Shown here piece after piece: positions 41,309-51,388 of a stretch of DNA of 61,701 nt. The DNA lies in contig JABHLN010000006.1 in the NCBI GenBank assembly GCA_018693105.1, forward strand, positions 1 to 61,701, read 5' to 3'. Origin of the DNA: Desulfobacterales bacterium (GTDB lineage Bacteria; Desulfobacterota; Desulfobacteria; Desulfobacterales; SURF-7). Positions within the stretch are counted from its first letter, which is position 1; every line of letters starts with the position of its first letter. The notes beneath the pieces are model-generated. The model searched no databases, had not been told where the DNA came from, and saw only the letters and a program-made list of their open reading frames with translations. The position numbers and the translations under genes are program-made.

Positions 41309-42544
41309 ATGACTAAAAAAAACAATGACAGGCAAAGCAAACCCGGCCCGCTTGATGGAATAAAAGTTGTCGAATATGGTGTGTTTCATGCTGGTCCGGG
41401 AGCAAATGCCATTCTGGGCGATCTTGGCGCAGAAGTTATTAAAATAGAGGCGGCTTCGGGAGACCCTTTACGATTATGGACAAAATCAGGTGAAAGAAAT
41501 TTTTCATTACCTAACGGCGAAGGCCTCCTTTTTGAAGTTTCAAACCGTAATAAGCAGGGAATCTGCCTCGATATAAAGAATGAAAAAGGATATGAAATTT
41601 TTCTTGATATGATTAAAGATGCTGATATTTTTCTCACAAACCTGAGGAAAAGTACAAAGAAAAAATTGGCTATTGATTATGATACACTATCTAAAACCAA
41701 CCCTAAACTTATACATGCAAATGTTTCAGGATACGGACCTGAAGGCCCCCTGAATAATATGGGTGCATTTGATCCCATGTGCCAGGGACGTTCAGGAATG
41801 ATGTATATTACCGGTTCGGAGAACCCAGTGCTTATCCAGTATGCTGTTCTTGATCAAGCCACAGCCATTGCAGCCAGTCAGGCGATAATGACTGCACTTT
41901 TTATAAGAGAACGGCAGGGGATTGGCCAGGAAATTCATATTTCCCTTTACAGCACAGCCATATGGCTTCTTCATTTCAATATGTTAATGACCAGCATGCT
42001 TTCAGAAAATCCGAATGTTCCCTGGATCCGTTCCTCAAACTCTCCCCTGCGCAACAACTTTCAATGCAAGGACGGGAAATGGATCATAGGAGTCCATCAC
42101 CCCGAAGAAAAATACTGGAAACCTTTTTGCAAGGCTACAAACAGAGAATCACTCATAGAGGATCCTCGTTTTATAGACCTTGAACATCGAATCAAAAATT
42201 GCAAGGAGTTGATAGCAATATTTGATGAGGTTTTTGAGACAAAAACACGGGATGAATGGATGGAAATACTGCCTGGTTACGGCCTTATGTTCACATCAGT
42301 TCAAGACATTTCAGAAGTATTAGATGACCCGCAGGCATTGGAAAACGATTATGTCGTTGATTTTGATTATGATGAATTCGGATCCTTCAAAATACCGGGC
42401 TATCCTGTACACTTCAGCACATTTCAGGCAGGCACAAAGACAGGAGCACCCAAAATAGGCGAGCATACCGATTTAATTATGGGGAAAATGGGGTACACCG
42501 CCGAGCAGATTGATGAACTTAGAAAAGAAGGTATAATAAATTGA
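41309..42544 (+). CDS. CaiB/BaiF family III CoA-transferase
   Basis: GPLDGIKVVE, LGDLGAEVIKIE, NRNK, GAFD, PKIGEHT. Confidence 0.95.
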   Translation: MTKKNNDRQSKPGPLDGIKVVEYGVFHAGPGANAILGDLGAEVIKIEAASGDPLRLWTKSGERNFSLPNGEGLLFEVSNRNKQGICLDIKNEKGYEIFLDMIKDADIFLTNLRKSTKKKLAIDYDTLSKTNPKLIHANVSGYGPEGPLNNMGAFDPMCQGRSGMMYITGSENPVLIQYAVLDQATAIAASQAIMTALFIRERQGIGQEIHISLYSTAIWLLHFNMLMTSMLSENPNVPWIRSSNSPLRNNFQCKDGKWIIGVHHPEEKYWKPFCKATNRESLIEDPRFIDLEHRIKNCKELIAIFDEVFETKTRDEWMEILPGYGLMFTSVQDISEVLDDPQALENDYVVDFDYDEFGSFKIPGYPVHFSTFQAGTKTGAPKIGEHTDLIMGKMGYTAEQIDELRKEGIIN

Positions 42545-42589
42545 AAGGGATCTATAAATTTGCTCTGAATCCCGCCTTTTTATGATATT

Positions 42590-43138
42590 TTATTTATCTA
42601 TCTTTAAATTCTTAAGTGCAGCAAATTGTGGATTTATATACTCATTTTCACAGTCACATTTCATATCATTCAGATTTGCACCGCAATTAGAACAAAGGCC
42701 TTTACATGATTCCCGACAAAGGGGTTTTACAGGAAAAGCCAATATCAGCTGTTCCTGAACAGAATCCTTAAGTTCAATCATCCCTCCTGAAAAATTAACT
42801 ACCTGCATATCATCTGTGCTTAGCTCAATTTCATCATCCAACAATCCATCAGGATCTTCTCCTTCTTCAGGCACAAAGGTCAATGAAAACGCTGGTCCAA
42901 TAAACGTTTCGTACTTCTCAACGCATCTACCGCATTGAATTCGTGCTTTAGTTTCAATATTTCCCGTCACCTCAATTACATTTATATTTCTTTTTACATT
43001 CAGCTTTATATCTATAGGAGAAATAAAATCACATTCACCGGCATTAACCATCTCTTCAAGAACAGGAAAATCATTAAACGTTTTTGAGTAACTCCGTGAA
43101 AGAACCGATTCTTTGATATCATCAATATCTATAAACAT
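42590..43138 (-). CDS. yceD: YceD/DUF177 protein
   Basis: CGRC, PLCRESCKGLCSNCGANLN..CDC, PQFAALK. Confidence 0.92.
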   Translation of the reverse strand: MFIDIDDIKESVLSRSYSKTFNDFPVLEEMVNAGECDFISPIDIKLNVKRNINVIEVTGNIETKARIQCGRCVEKYETFIGPAFSLTFVPEEGEDPDGLLDDEIELSTDDMQVVNFSGGMIELKDSVQEQLILAFPVKPLCRESCKGLCSNCGANLNDMKCDCENEYINPQFAALKNLKIDK

Positions 43139-43477
43139 GGTGGAAACTCCTTATAAACTAATTGCAATTAATAATGTGAAATAAATTATAAATTATTAAA
43201 GGTGTCAAATCAATGTGATAAATTTGTAGATAAATCCATATTAAGTTAATCGAGCATTCGGGAAGTTTTTCCAGTTAAGCGGCTCTAAGGATAATTATCG
43301 ATTCCGCTCTTTGTAAAACTTTGAACAAAAAACTCCCTCACCCTTGAGTTAATTTTATTTTTTCATTTCCATTGACATATATTAAATCAAAAACTTAAAT
43401 AAGTGATGGCTCAAATGGAGAAAGCCTGAAAGTGACACACAAAATAAATTATAAATAAAAACCATAGGAGAAATAAA

Positions 43478-43900
43478 ATGACTGGTAATGATATTCAAAC
43501 AGACCTGAATAAGCTTATAGAAGAATGGATCGACACACCGGAACAAACAAAAAAAGCGTTTCTTCGATTAAAAAAACACCTTGAGTCACAAAGCGAAGTT
43601 AAATTTGATTTCAATGCACGACCGGGAATAAGCTATTCACTTCGTGCAACACATAATAAACAAAAAAGGCAATTGTATGTTATGTTAGATATTATTGACG
43701 ACGATCCTGAAAACCGATGGCTTTCTATATGTTTTTATGGTGAAATGATTACAGATCCTGATGAAGTTGGAGATCTTGTACCCGAAGGTCTTCTTGGAGA
43801 AGACGGCCATTGTTTTGATGTTGACGACTGGGATGAAAACAACCTGAAATATCTTGAGGCAAGGCTTGATGAAGCACATCAAAACGCATCAGAAGAGTAA
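43478..43900 (+). CDS. Hypothetical acidic protein
   Basis: AGGAG RBS; motif-like RPGISYSLRA, DDDPENRWLSICFY, VPEGLLGEDGHCFD. Confidence 0.85.
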   Translation: MTGNDIQTDLNKLIEEWIDTPEQTKKAFLRLKKHLESQSEVKFDFNARPGISYSLRATHNKQKRQLYVMLDIIDDDPENRWLSICFYGEMITDPDEVGDLVPEGLLGEDGHCFDVDDWDENNLKYLEARLDEAHQNASEE

Positions 43901-43998
43901 AATAGAATATTTTGTTAATTCATCATCAGGTCCTGCTATCAAAAATAACAAAACCTTGAGGCGGAAAAGCCGAACACATAAAATCATGCTTCTCAATT

Positions 43999-44520
43999 TT
44001 AATAATATGGCTTTCCGCTAAATGCAGGATTAATCCACTTTGAATCCCGGTTGAGTTGTCTTCGAAGGAGATCATCTACCAACACCTTAAATCTATTATA
44101 AAGCTGAACATTAATGTCATCCCTGAGATTTTCAACACATTTAATAGCTTTGGAAAACAGTCCTTTCAATAAAGTGTTTTCCTCGTGAAGAACCGAAATG
44201 GCAGGAACACCTTCTTTCTTTTTCGACTGATCGTTTAAGACTATTTCAAGCTCTGATTTAAATTGCCGGATCTCATTATTGCTATTCTGAAGATTACCTT
44301 CATTGAGTAATTCATTGAATTTAAAAAGTGATTCTTTCAAGTCACGATTGTCTTTATCCAAAACAGAACCTTCAACATCCACCCTTAAAAGAATATGGTC
44401 AAGCAATAATCCCATGCAGCGTACGGAACTCTGAGCACGGGGATCGTCAATTAAAGGGTAAATATCTGTTTCAAGGCTCGACTTCATTCCCAAAACGATT
44501 TCTGAAATTGAAGGTCGCAT
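43999..44520 (-). CDS. Hypothetical helical protein (likely partner of the phosphotransferase)
   Basis: 173-aa ORF, AGGAGG RBS, co-oriented with upstream gene. Confidence 0.75.
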   Translation of the reverse strand: MRPSISEIVLGMKSSLETDIYPLIDDPRAQSSVRCMGLLLDHILLRVDVEGSVLDKDNRDLKESLFKFNELLNEGNLQNSNNEIRQFKSELEIVLNDQSKKKEGVPAISVLHEENTLLKGLFSKAIKCVENLRDDINVQLYNRFKVLVDDLLRRQLNRDSKWINPAFSGKPYY

Positions 44521-44540
44521 AATAATTCCTCCTAATATTA

Positions 44541-44594
44541 GATGAACTCGTATAAAGTATTAACGATGGTTAAGTAGAAATCTTCATAGCCATC
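44541..44594 (+). mobile_element. MITE-A copy 7, internally deleted (54 bp)
   Basis: Both left-end boxes joined directly to terminal GCCATC; hairpin core missing. Confidence 0.85.
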
Positions 44595-44598
44595 AAAT

Positions 44599-45597
44599 TT
44601 ATATACCTATATAATCTGCAAGCTTATAAATTATTTGACGACTCCAAAGCGCCATATTTGGAAGCTGCATACGATAGTCTTTTCCTGAATTAAAAAGATT
44701 AAGTCCCATTTGGAGACTTACGAATGTCTTCAAATCCCGAAATGTCTTGAAATATTCAATGTCCTGCAGTGATGGATTTATCCCGCTCACTTCCTTATAA
44801 TGATCAATCAACATCGGCATTAGGCGAGGATCATCTCTAAAAAACTGACACCAGGCAAAATCTTCGGGCGGATCTCCAAGGTGAGCATATTCCCAGTCAC
44901 ACATTGCAACAATTTTCTCTCCCTGCCAGATCTCTTCTCCAATACCATTGTTTCCTTTCAGCAAAGCGATAGCAGAAGATTCACCCGGCTGGTTTTCCCT
45001 TAGCCAGATCATAATACGATCCACCAGCGGGCTTGGTTCAGTAACATATTTTTCTATACGTTTCTGCCAAAAATCCAGATCGAGCCGCACACAATCGTTC
45101 TTGCTTTCAGGCACCTGCATTATTTCGTCAAAACCCAGAGCTTTCCAGTCGCATGTGTGTAACAAGGCAAGCTTTTCAGCCATTTCCCTGGTCATTTTCT
45201 CTCGAAGAGAATCATATTTGGGATCAGGGTCTTTTAGTTCAGGAATAAGAACCCTTCCTTCAACCGTTTCACGCACAAAAAACTCCCTCCCGTCAATCAG
45301 CCACTCGGGGTCGTTTTCGAACCATAAAGTTACCGGTAAAGGGATCTTACTGTTTTGAAGTTTATTATATACGGAATACTCAAAGAAAAGAGGAATATGG
45401 CAAACACTTCCTCCGGGTGTATCCATGCGAAAAACATATCCCTTCTCAATTAATCCCCCTTTCAGCTTCATGACAGTATTTACAAACCATGTTTCACGTG
45501 ACAGGCCCGGAAAAGACTGTTTAAATGAAATAACTTTTAAATCAATAGTTTCCGGTAGACGATACTTCAGATAATTTTCAAAAACCGATGCATTCAT
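44599..45597 (-). CDS. APH/choline kinase-like phosphotransferase-family protein
   Basis: GLSRET, DWEYAHLGDPPEDFAW; HGD catalytic loop altered. Confidence 0.85.
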   Translation of the reverse strand: MNASVFENYLKYRLPETIDLKVISFKQSFPGLSRETWFVNTVMKLKGGLIEKGYVFRMDTPGGSVCHIPLFFEYSVYNKLQNSKIPLPVTLWFENDPEWLIDGREFFVRETVEGRVLIPELKDPDPKYDSLREKMTREMAEKLALLHTCDWKALGFDEIMQVPESKNDCVRLDLDFWQKRIEKYVTEPSPLVDRIMIWLRENQPGESSAIALLKGNNGIGEEIWQGEKIVAMCDWEYAHLGDPPEDFAWCQFFRDDPRLMPMLIDHYKEVSGINPSLQDIEYFKTFRDLKTFVSLQMGLNLFNSGKDYRMQLPNMALWSRQIIYKLADYIGI

Positions 45598-45796
45598 AAT
45601 TCTGCCCCCTGATAGAAAATTAAATATAATACCAAGTGAAAAAGATTATAATTGAATTTCCCCATACTTGCTCAATAATATAATAAATAGTATTATTTCA
45701 ATAGTGTTCTTAAAATTGATAAAAACAAATTCAATATTAAAGCCTTTTTTTCTTGCTGCTCAATTTATTAAAGATAATAAATCCTGAAAAATATTT

Positions 45797-47056
45797 ATGA
45801 AATTTATTGCAGATTTACATGTACATTCAAAGTATTCCATGGCCACTTCCAGAAGTCTTGACCTTGAAAATATTTATATCTGGGCCCAAATCAAAGGAAT
45901 AACCGTCGTCGGCACCGGTGACTTTACTCATCCTGCATGGTTCTCTGAAATTAAAGAAAAACTTGTCCCGGCAGAAAACGGTCTTTTCAAGCTGAAAAAT
46001 GAATTGGAAATTATATGCAGCGAGAAGGTTCCTCCTTCATGTCGCCGCAAGGTACGTTTTATACTATCAACTGAAATCAGCAGTATTTATAAAAAAAAAG
46101 GTAAAACAAGGAAGAATCATAACCTTGTATTTGTACCCGATCTAAAAACCGCATCAGAATTCAACTCAAAACTTGATGCTATAGGAAATATAAAATCGGA
46201 CGGCAGGCCAATACTTGGCCTTGATGCAAGGAATCTTTTTGAAATACTTCTCGAAACATCCGATATGTCTTACCTGATACCAGCCCATATATGGACCCCG
46301 TGGTTTTCAATGCTAGGGTCAAAGTCCGGTTTTAATTCTATAAAAGAATGTTTTGAAGACCTTACGCAATATATTTTTGCAGTTGAAACAGGCCTTTCAT
46401 CAGACCCATCCATGAACTGGTGTATTTCAGAACTCGACGATGTGACACTTATATCAAACTCGGATGCCCATTCACCTTCAAAGCTCGGAAGGGAAGCAAA
46501 CATATTAAATACAGAATTAGATTATTTCTCAATAAGAAAAACCCTGAAGTCCGGTGATCCGGCTCATTTTATAGGTACATATGAATTTTTCCCCGAAGAG
46601 GGCAAATATTATATGGATGGCCATAAAAAGTGTAATATACGCCTATCCCCCTTTGAAAGCATGAAAATGAACGGTATGTGCCCCAGGTGCGGAAAGCCAT
46701 TAACACTCGGCGTGTTGAACAGAGTGGAAGAACTGTCCGACAAGCCCAAAGGTAAAAAGCTTAAAAGGCATCATCCTTTTAACAGTATGATACCTCTTGA
46801 AGAAATCCTTTCTGAAATTCTAAAAGTAGGCCCAAAATCCAAAAAGGTTCAAAATAGTTACTTTTCTGCCATAAATACTTTCGGGCCGGAACTTGAAATA
46901 CTTAATACCTTACCTGAAGATGTTTTAAAAAAATCAGAAATCCCGCTTTTAGGTGAAGCCATAAAAAGAATGCGAAACAGAAAAATCAAAATTTCCCCGG
47001 GATATGACGGAGAGTTCGGAAAGATCAGGCTTTTCAATAAAGGAGAAATAGATTAA
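45797..47056 (+). CDS. PHP-domain endonuclease Q-family protein
   Basis: ADLHVHSKYS, GTGDFTHP, PAHIWTPWFS, ETGLSSD, NSDAHS, PEEGKY, CPRCG, PGYDGEFG. Confidence 0.9.
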   Translation: MKFIADLHVHSKYSMATSRSLDLENIYIWAQIKGITVVGTGDFTHPAWFSEIKEKLVPAENGLFKLKNELEIICSEKVPPSCRRKVRFILSTEISSIYKKKGKTRKNHNLVFVPDLKTASEFNSKLDAIGNIKSDGRPILGLDARNLFEILLETSDMSYLIPAHIWTPWFSMLGSKSGFNSIKECFEDLTQYIFAVETGLSSDPSMNWCISELDDVTLISNSDAHSPSKLGREANILNTELDYFSIRKTLKSGDPAHFIGTYEFFPEEGKYYMDGHKKCNIRLSPFESMKMNGMCPRCGKPLTLGVLNRVEELSDKPKGKKLKRHHPFNSMIPLEEILSEILKVGPKSKKVQNSYFSAINTFGPELEILNTLPEDVLKKSEIPLLGEAIKRMRNRKIKISPGYDGEFGKIRLFNKGEID

Positions 47057-47218
47057 AAGCTGCTTATATAAAAAACAGTTTATAGTAACAAAAAAAATCT
47101 CATACAGCCTGAAATATTTTGAAAAGGGCAAACATATTATCTTTTTTTAGGCAGGATATTTTAACTTATATTATAGATAATCAATAAACACTAATCTTTA
47201 TGAAAGCCGGGAGTGATT

Positions 47219-47752
47219 ATGAGACTTTCAAAACCCAGAGTAACCCCTATGGATATTTCAGAACTTGATGAGGAGCAACTTGAACTAATTAATCGTGCTT
47301 CAATGGATAGACCCCCCAATATTATTCTCACACTGGCTCGCCACAAAAAGCTGCTTAAACGCTGGCAGGTATTTCTAGGGCATATTCTTAACAAATCAAC
47401 TCTTCCACCACGTGAACGGGAAATTGTAATTTTACGCATCGGCCATCTCTGTCGATCAGGCTATGAGTGGTCACAGCATGTAGAAATCGGTAAAAAAGCC
47501 GGCCTTAAGGATGAGGAGATAGAAAGGATAAAGCTGGGACCTGATGCAAAAGGCTGGTCGCCAATAGACAGTACAATAATTCGCGCTACCGATGAGCTTC
47601 ATTCAGATTCATTTGTTTCTGATACTACATGGAATGAACTGAAACAGACATATAATGACAATCAGTTGATGGACCTTATATTCACTGTGGGAAATTATAC
47701 AATGGTATCCATGGCCCTTAATACATTAGGTGTCCAGCTGGAATCTGAATAA
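47219..47752 (+). CDS. Carboxymuconolactone decarboxylase/AhpD-like protein
   Basis: LPPREREIVILR, YEWSQH, FTVGNY. Confidence 0.88.
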   Translation: MRLSKPRVTPMDISELDEEQLELINRASMDRPPNIILTLARHKKLLKRWQVFLGHILNKSTLPPREREIVILRIGHLCRSGYEWSQHVEIGKKAGLKDEEIERIKLGPDAKGWSPIDSTIIRATDELHSDSFVSDTTWNELKQTYNDNQLMDLIFTVGNYTMVSMALNTLGVQLESE

Positions 47753-47953
47753 TGAACCTTAAGTTACAGAATTTATTATAAAGGTCTGTGCTTTCCAATG
47801 GCTTTTTGGGGAAATAATGTATGTCGATTCAAAATCGTAAAATTAGCACCCAACCATAAACTTATACATTCCCACTATGAGTAAACCGGTTTCAATTCAC
47901 TCCCGTTTAGGGGTGCCATAAATCCAAGGAATAAAGAACCTAATTATTATTGG

Positions 47954-47995
47954 GCCTTGACTATAACAGAAGTTCATCTCTGATATAGTCAAGGC
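47954..47995. terminator. Hairpin at 3' end of the porin gene
   Basis: GCCTTGACTATA / TATAGTCAAGGC perfect 12-bp stem. Confidence 0.7.
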
Positions 47996-48004
47996 TCTTA
48001 TTAT

Positions 48005-49255
48005 TTAATACTCAAAGGCCAGTTTAACAAACAACTCATTTGAATTATCGTCAGCAGTGCTTCCTGCAGCTTTTTCAAACAGGCTTCTTCGATATTCTGC
48101 CATAAGGCTTGTTACAAAATCATCCTTCTCAAAAAGTGTCCATGTAAACCCCATGCCGTACCTGTTATCCGGATGACCGTCCTGGTCCCCAGAAATATCA
48201 TCATTAAATCCCTCGTACCGGAAAGCGATATCAAGCCATTCCGTGGCTTTATATGCAACTGCCGCAAACCATGCAGATTCTTTGTTTTCAATGGCATTCA
48301 TTGAGTTCTTTTCTCTTTGGACAGCCCCGATATATTCTATATCCATAACCAGTTTGCCTTTCTCATAATTTACCATACCACCTAGGGTATTATTTCGCTG
48401 GTCACCACCGGGTTCTGAATTATAAAAAACAGCCATGGTCATGCAGTTTAAAGGTTTTGCAGTTATGTTTGCAATAAATGATGAAACATCATCAGTCTCA
48501 CTATAGGACATATTCATACCCCCTGCCCGCCACGCTGCAGGAACACCTGATGAGTCGATATATGTCCTGTCAAGCTCATAAGCGCCTTCAAGCATCCTGG
48601 ACATAAGCGCTTCGCCTTTATAAAAAGTTATGGAAAAATCCAGATCGTGGCTATCTGCCGCATAACCCATTGTAACACCTGTTTCAGCTATTTCATAAAG
48701 TTCCTGTGTTATGGGATCATTAATCAAATTGTTCTGAAAACATCCAAAAGGCTGCCCTCTCTTACCGCCTGTAAAATAAAAAGGGATCCCTTCTTTTTGA
48801 ATACTAACAATTGCCTCATCCCAGAAAACCCGGTCATTATCATCAAGATCTTCACCCTTTAATACAAGGTTTCCGGTAACAAACTCATGGAAACCGATTT
48901 CAACACCCAGTTCCACGGTACCGATATTCATATTTGAAGTTGAATTATTTACCAGGTTACTACCTGTATCACCGTCATCAGCATAACTGAAATCCAGCTC
49001 AATGCCCCCGGTAACATTAACCCTATTTGCCCAGAAATAAACTCCGCCTTCAGAAACGACCTGACCGCTTTCAGACTTTATATTTTTGATCTTTTCATTC
49101 TTTTCTATAAGCTTTGCCTCAAGCATGCTTACCCTCTCCTTTAATACAACAAGCTCTTTGAGTATAGCTTCGCTGGAAAGATTCCCGCATAAACCATCGG
49201 ATGCTGATGCTACTATGATTACTAAAACAAAAACAAACATAGACCTGTTAAACAT
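48005..49255 (-). CDS. LbtU-like outer-membrane porin
   Basis: Signal peptide, coiled coil, PFG.F....I.DP.T motif, terminal aromatic (LAFEY); start MFNRS after GGGGGC. Confidence 0.8.
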   Translation of the reverse strand: MFNRSMFVFVLVIIVASASDGLCGNLSSEAILKELVVLKERVSMLEAKLIEKNEKIKNIKSESGQVVSEGGVYFWANRVNVTGGIELDFSYADDGDTGSNLVNNSTSNMNIGTVELGVEIGFHEFVTGNLVLKGEDLDDNDRVFWDEAIVSIQKEGIPFYFTGGKRGQPFGCFQNNLINDPITQELYEIAETGVTMGYAADSHDLDFSITFYKGEALMSRMLEGAYELDRTYIDSSGVPAAWRAGGMNMSYSETDDVSSFIANITAKPLNCMTMAVFYNSEPGGDQRNNTLGGMVNYEKGKLVMDIEYIGAVQREKNSMNAIENKESAWFAAVAYKATEWLDIAFRYEGFNDDISGDQDGHPDNRYGMGFTWTLFEKDDFVTSLMAEYRRSLFEKAAGSTADDNSNELFVKLAFEY

Positions 49256-49271
49256 ATTTTGCCCCCATTTC

Positions 49272-49420
49272 AATGATATTTCAAAAAATAACATATGGCT
49301 AAATAAAATTCTTTATATACAAGACATATCGGTTGGTCATAAGTGAAGGCATATATCTAGTATGTCTAACTTCTAACCAATCCCTATAACACAGTAGATG
49401 GAGATTTTTACAACGCCATC
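49272..49420 (+). mobile_element. MITE-A copy 8 (diverged); overlaps DUF4198 stop codon
   Basis: Collinear core; ends AGATGGAGATTTTTACAACGCCATC. Confidence 0.85.
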
Positions 49421-50198
49421 ACTTCTGCTGCCATTCCACAAACTCCACCCATATCACAGCTCCCAGCTCAACATCTTTATCTTCACCCTTATATTTCATC
49501 TTTTTATCGGAACCGTTGAGTGCCGCAAAACCCCACCAACCTGACTTTGAAACAGCATAAGTAAAAACACCATTCATATCGGCTTTAACTGTCTGGGTAA
49601 CCATATAGTCAGTAGGAGCCATAGCTTTTCCATCCTGGTTAAAATATTCTACTTCAACAATAGAACCCGGCACCGGTTTACCATCAAGCATAACAACACC
49701 CTGAAATACATTTCCTGCGTAAAGACCGAATGGTCTTGTCAGAGGAACAATTTCTGTTTTCAAACCCAGTGGCTCATCCCATCCGTCTTCATATCCAAAT
49801 GAGGCAATTACAGTTTTTGTATAATGAATAATAAAACAATCTTCCGCCGGTTCCCAATATGGTTCAGGTTCCATAAAGAAGGCATAAACACCCGGTCGTT
49901 TAACCTTGTAATTTATAGTCCATGCGGTATTTTCAAACACCTTCGTCTCTTTCAATGCCCCAAGAAGATTTTGGACTTTCCCATCGCTTACAACCGAAAA
50001 TTTAGCCGGCTTAACCATGATCATGCCGATACCTTCAAAAGGATGAGAAAAAGAAATATTTAGAGAAACCTTTTGTTTATCTCCCTGCATAACCATACTA
50101 TCAGATGGAACAAGCATGCCGAAATGAGCAAGTGCATTACCTGTCATCATTAATAAAAAAACTCCTGCCGTAAATAAAACTTTTGTTTTTTTTCTCAT
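49419..50198 (-). CDS. DUF4198 periplasmic Co/Ni-uptake protein (NikK/NikM-associated)
   Basis: ALA|HF signal cleavage leaving an N-terminal His; FSHPFEG, PYWEPAED, EIVPLTRPFGL, GWWGFAAL. Confidence 0.88.
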   Translation of the reverse strand: MRKKTKVLFTAGVFLLMMTGNALAHFGMLVPSDSMVMQGDKQKVSLNISFSHPFEGIGMIMVKPAKFSVVSDGKVQNLLGALKETKVFENTAWTINYKVKRPGVYAFFMEPEPYWEPAEDCFIIHYTKTVIASFGYEDGWDEPLGLKTEIVPLTRPFGLYAGNVFQGVVMLDGKPVPGSIVEVEYFNQDGKAMAPTDYMVTQTVKADMNGVFTYAVSKSGWWGFAALNGSDKKMKYKGEDKDVELGAVIWVEFVEWQQK

Positions 50199-50214
50199 TT
50201 TCATCTCCTTATAT

Positions 50215-50356
50215 TAATAAATATAACTGATGGTTAAGTATAAATCTTCATATATTAGGCATATTGGTTAATTAGTGAAGAAGACATACATGTAGTATGT
50301 CGAATTTCTGATAAACGAATATAACGCAGTATATGGAGACTTTTTACGACACCATC
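50215..50356 (+). mobile_element. MITE-A copy 9 (left end eroded)
   Basis: TATAACTGATGGTTAAGTA...GGAGACTTTTTACGACACCATC. Confidence 0.87.
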
Positions 50357-50363
50357 TAAAAAT

Positions 50364-50467
50364 AAAAAAAGCCGCAAAGGTAATACAGGTATCCGATACC
50401 TGAAACCGCCTTCATGGCTTGATGATTATCTTGTAATATGACCGGCTCTTCCGACTTCAATCGGAAT
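50364..50467 (-). ncRNA. Candidate cis-regulatory leader, copy 1 (UGAAG hairpin plus AGCCAYGAAGG terminator hairpin)
   Basis: TTCCGA-TTGAAG-TCGGAA, 29 nt, AGCCATGAAGG..CCTTTGCGGCT + T-tract; upstream of DUF4198. Confidence 0.55.
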
Positions 50468-50597
50468 TTTTCATCAATCTTGTCCGGTTTTTTTCAGGTA
50501 AATATTATTCCCGTACCGAAGAGTATAATTTTACCTTGATTCAAAGATGCAAAACGATAGTCAACTGATAAAGAATTTTTCCATAATTTATATTATT

Positions 50598-50749
50598 TAT
50601 ATACTCGTAAAAAGCACAACAGATTGCTAAGTAAAAATCTTCATATACAAGGCATAATGTTTGGTCAGTCGTGAAGGCATACATGTAGTATGTCAAACGT
50701 CTGGCCAAACATTATAACGCAGTAGATGGTGACTTTTTACGACGCAATC
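50598..50749 (+). mobile_element. MITE-A copy 10 (152 bp)
   Basis: ACTCGTAAAAAG...GACTTTTTACGACGCAATC; flanks ATTATT/ACTATT (5 of 6 match). Confidence 0.9.
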
Positions 50750-50750
50750 A

Positions 50751-51368
50751 CTATTTTTCTTTGCTTTTAAAATAAAGAGCAATCCCAACAAGTCCTAATA
50801 TGTAGCCAAAACCACCCATTATATCGGTAAAATCGGGCCCCTTTTCTTCCCGGATTTTTGCAATAGTCCTTGAAACAGGCTTCAACCTTGAATCAACAAC
50901 CTCTTCCACAACCTTTCTTATCTGTTCAATATCAACTGAAACTTTAGTGGATGCTACCTTTACGTCTTCTTCTTCTTTATTAATGAGAGTCGATGTTAAA
51001 GTAGCGTTATCCTCCTGAAGTTCATCTGCTTTTAATAGATATTCAGCTTTATGTCCCATACTGGATTCCATAACAATTCGAAGATCTGATTTGACCGGAA
51101 TCTTGAACGAAAATGCACCTTTTCTATTTGTTACCCCTTCCAATAATTTTTTGCCTGACATGTCAAAAACTTCAACATGCCCTCCAATTACTTTCTTTTT
51201 TCCACTGAAATAACTGTCAACATAAACGGTATCACCTTCACCCCATGCAAAAAGATAAACCTTGTGAGCATAAACCGATGAGGTAAAACTTAATAAGAAG
51301 AATAAGATTGTCATGGTTAAAAAAAATCGACCGAGTAAGATAAACGAAAAATATTTTTTCCCCTTCAT
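50751..51368 (-). CDS. CbiL/NikL-like Co/Ni transport component
   Basis: VYA|HKV N-terminal His, MGH motif, C-terminal TM DIMGGFGYILGL. Confidence 0.78.
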   Translation of the reverse strand: MKGKKYFSFILLGRFFLTMTILFFLLSFTSSVYAHKVYLFAWGEGDTVYVDSYFSGKKKVIGGHVEVFDMSGKKLLEGVTNRKGAFSFKIPVKSDLRIVMESSMGHKAEYLLKADELQEDNATLTSTLINKEEEDVKVASTKVSVDIEQIRKVVEEVVDSRLKPVSRTIAKIREEKGPDFTDIMGGFGYILGLVGIALYFKSKEK

Positions 51369-51388
51369 AATATATTCCTCATCATGTC

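Noticed and set aside
49256-49294. Longer porin start (MLFFEISLK)
   Set aside because: Lies in MITE copy 8; the RBS supports 49255
50364-50520. NiCo or cobalamin riboswitch call
   Set aside because: Neither the NiCo four-way junction motifs nor a B12 box could be found by eye; kept as an unnamed candidate
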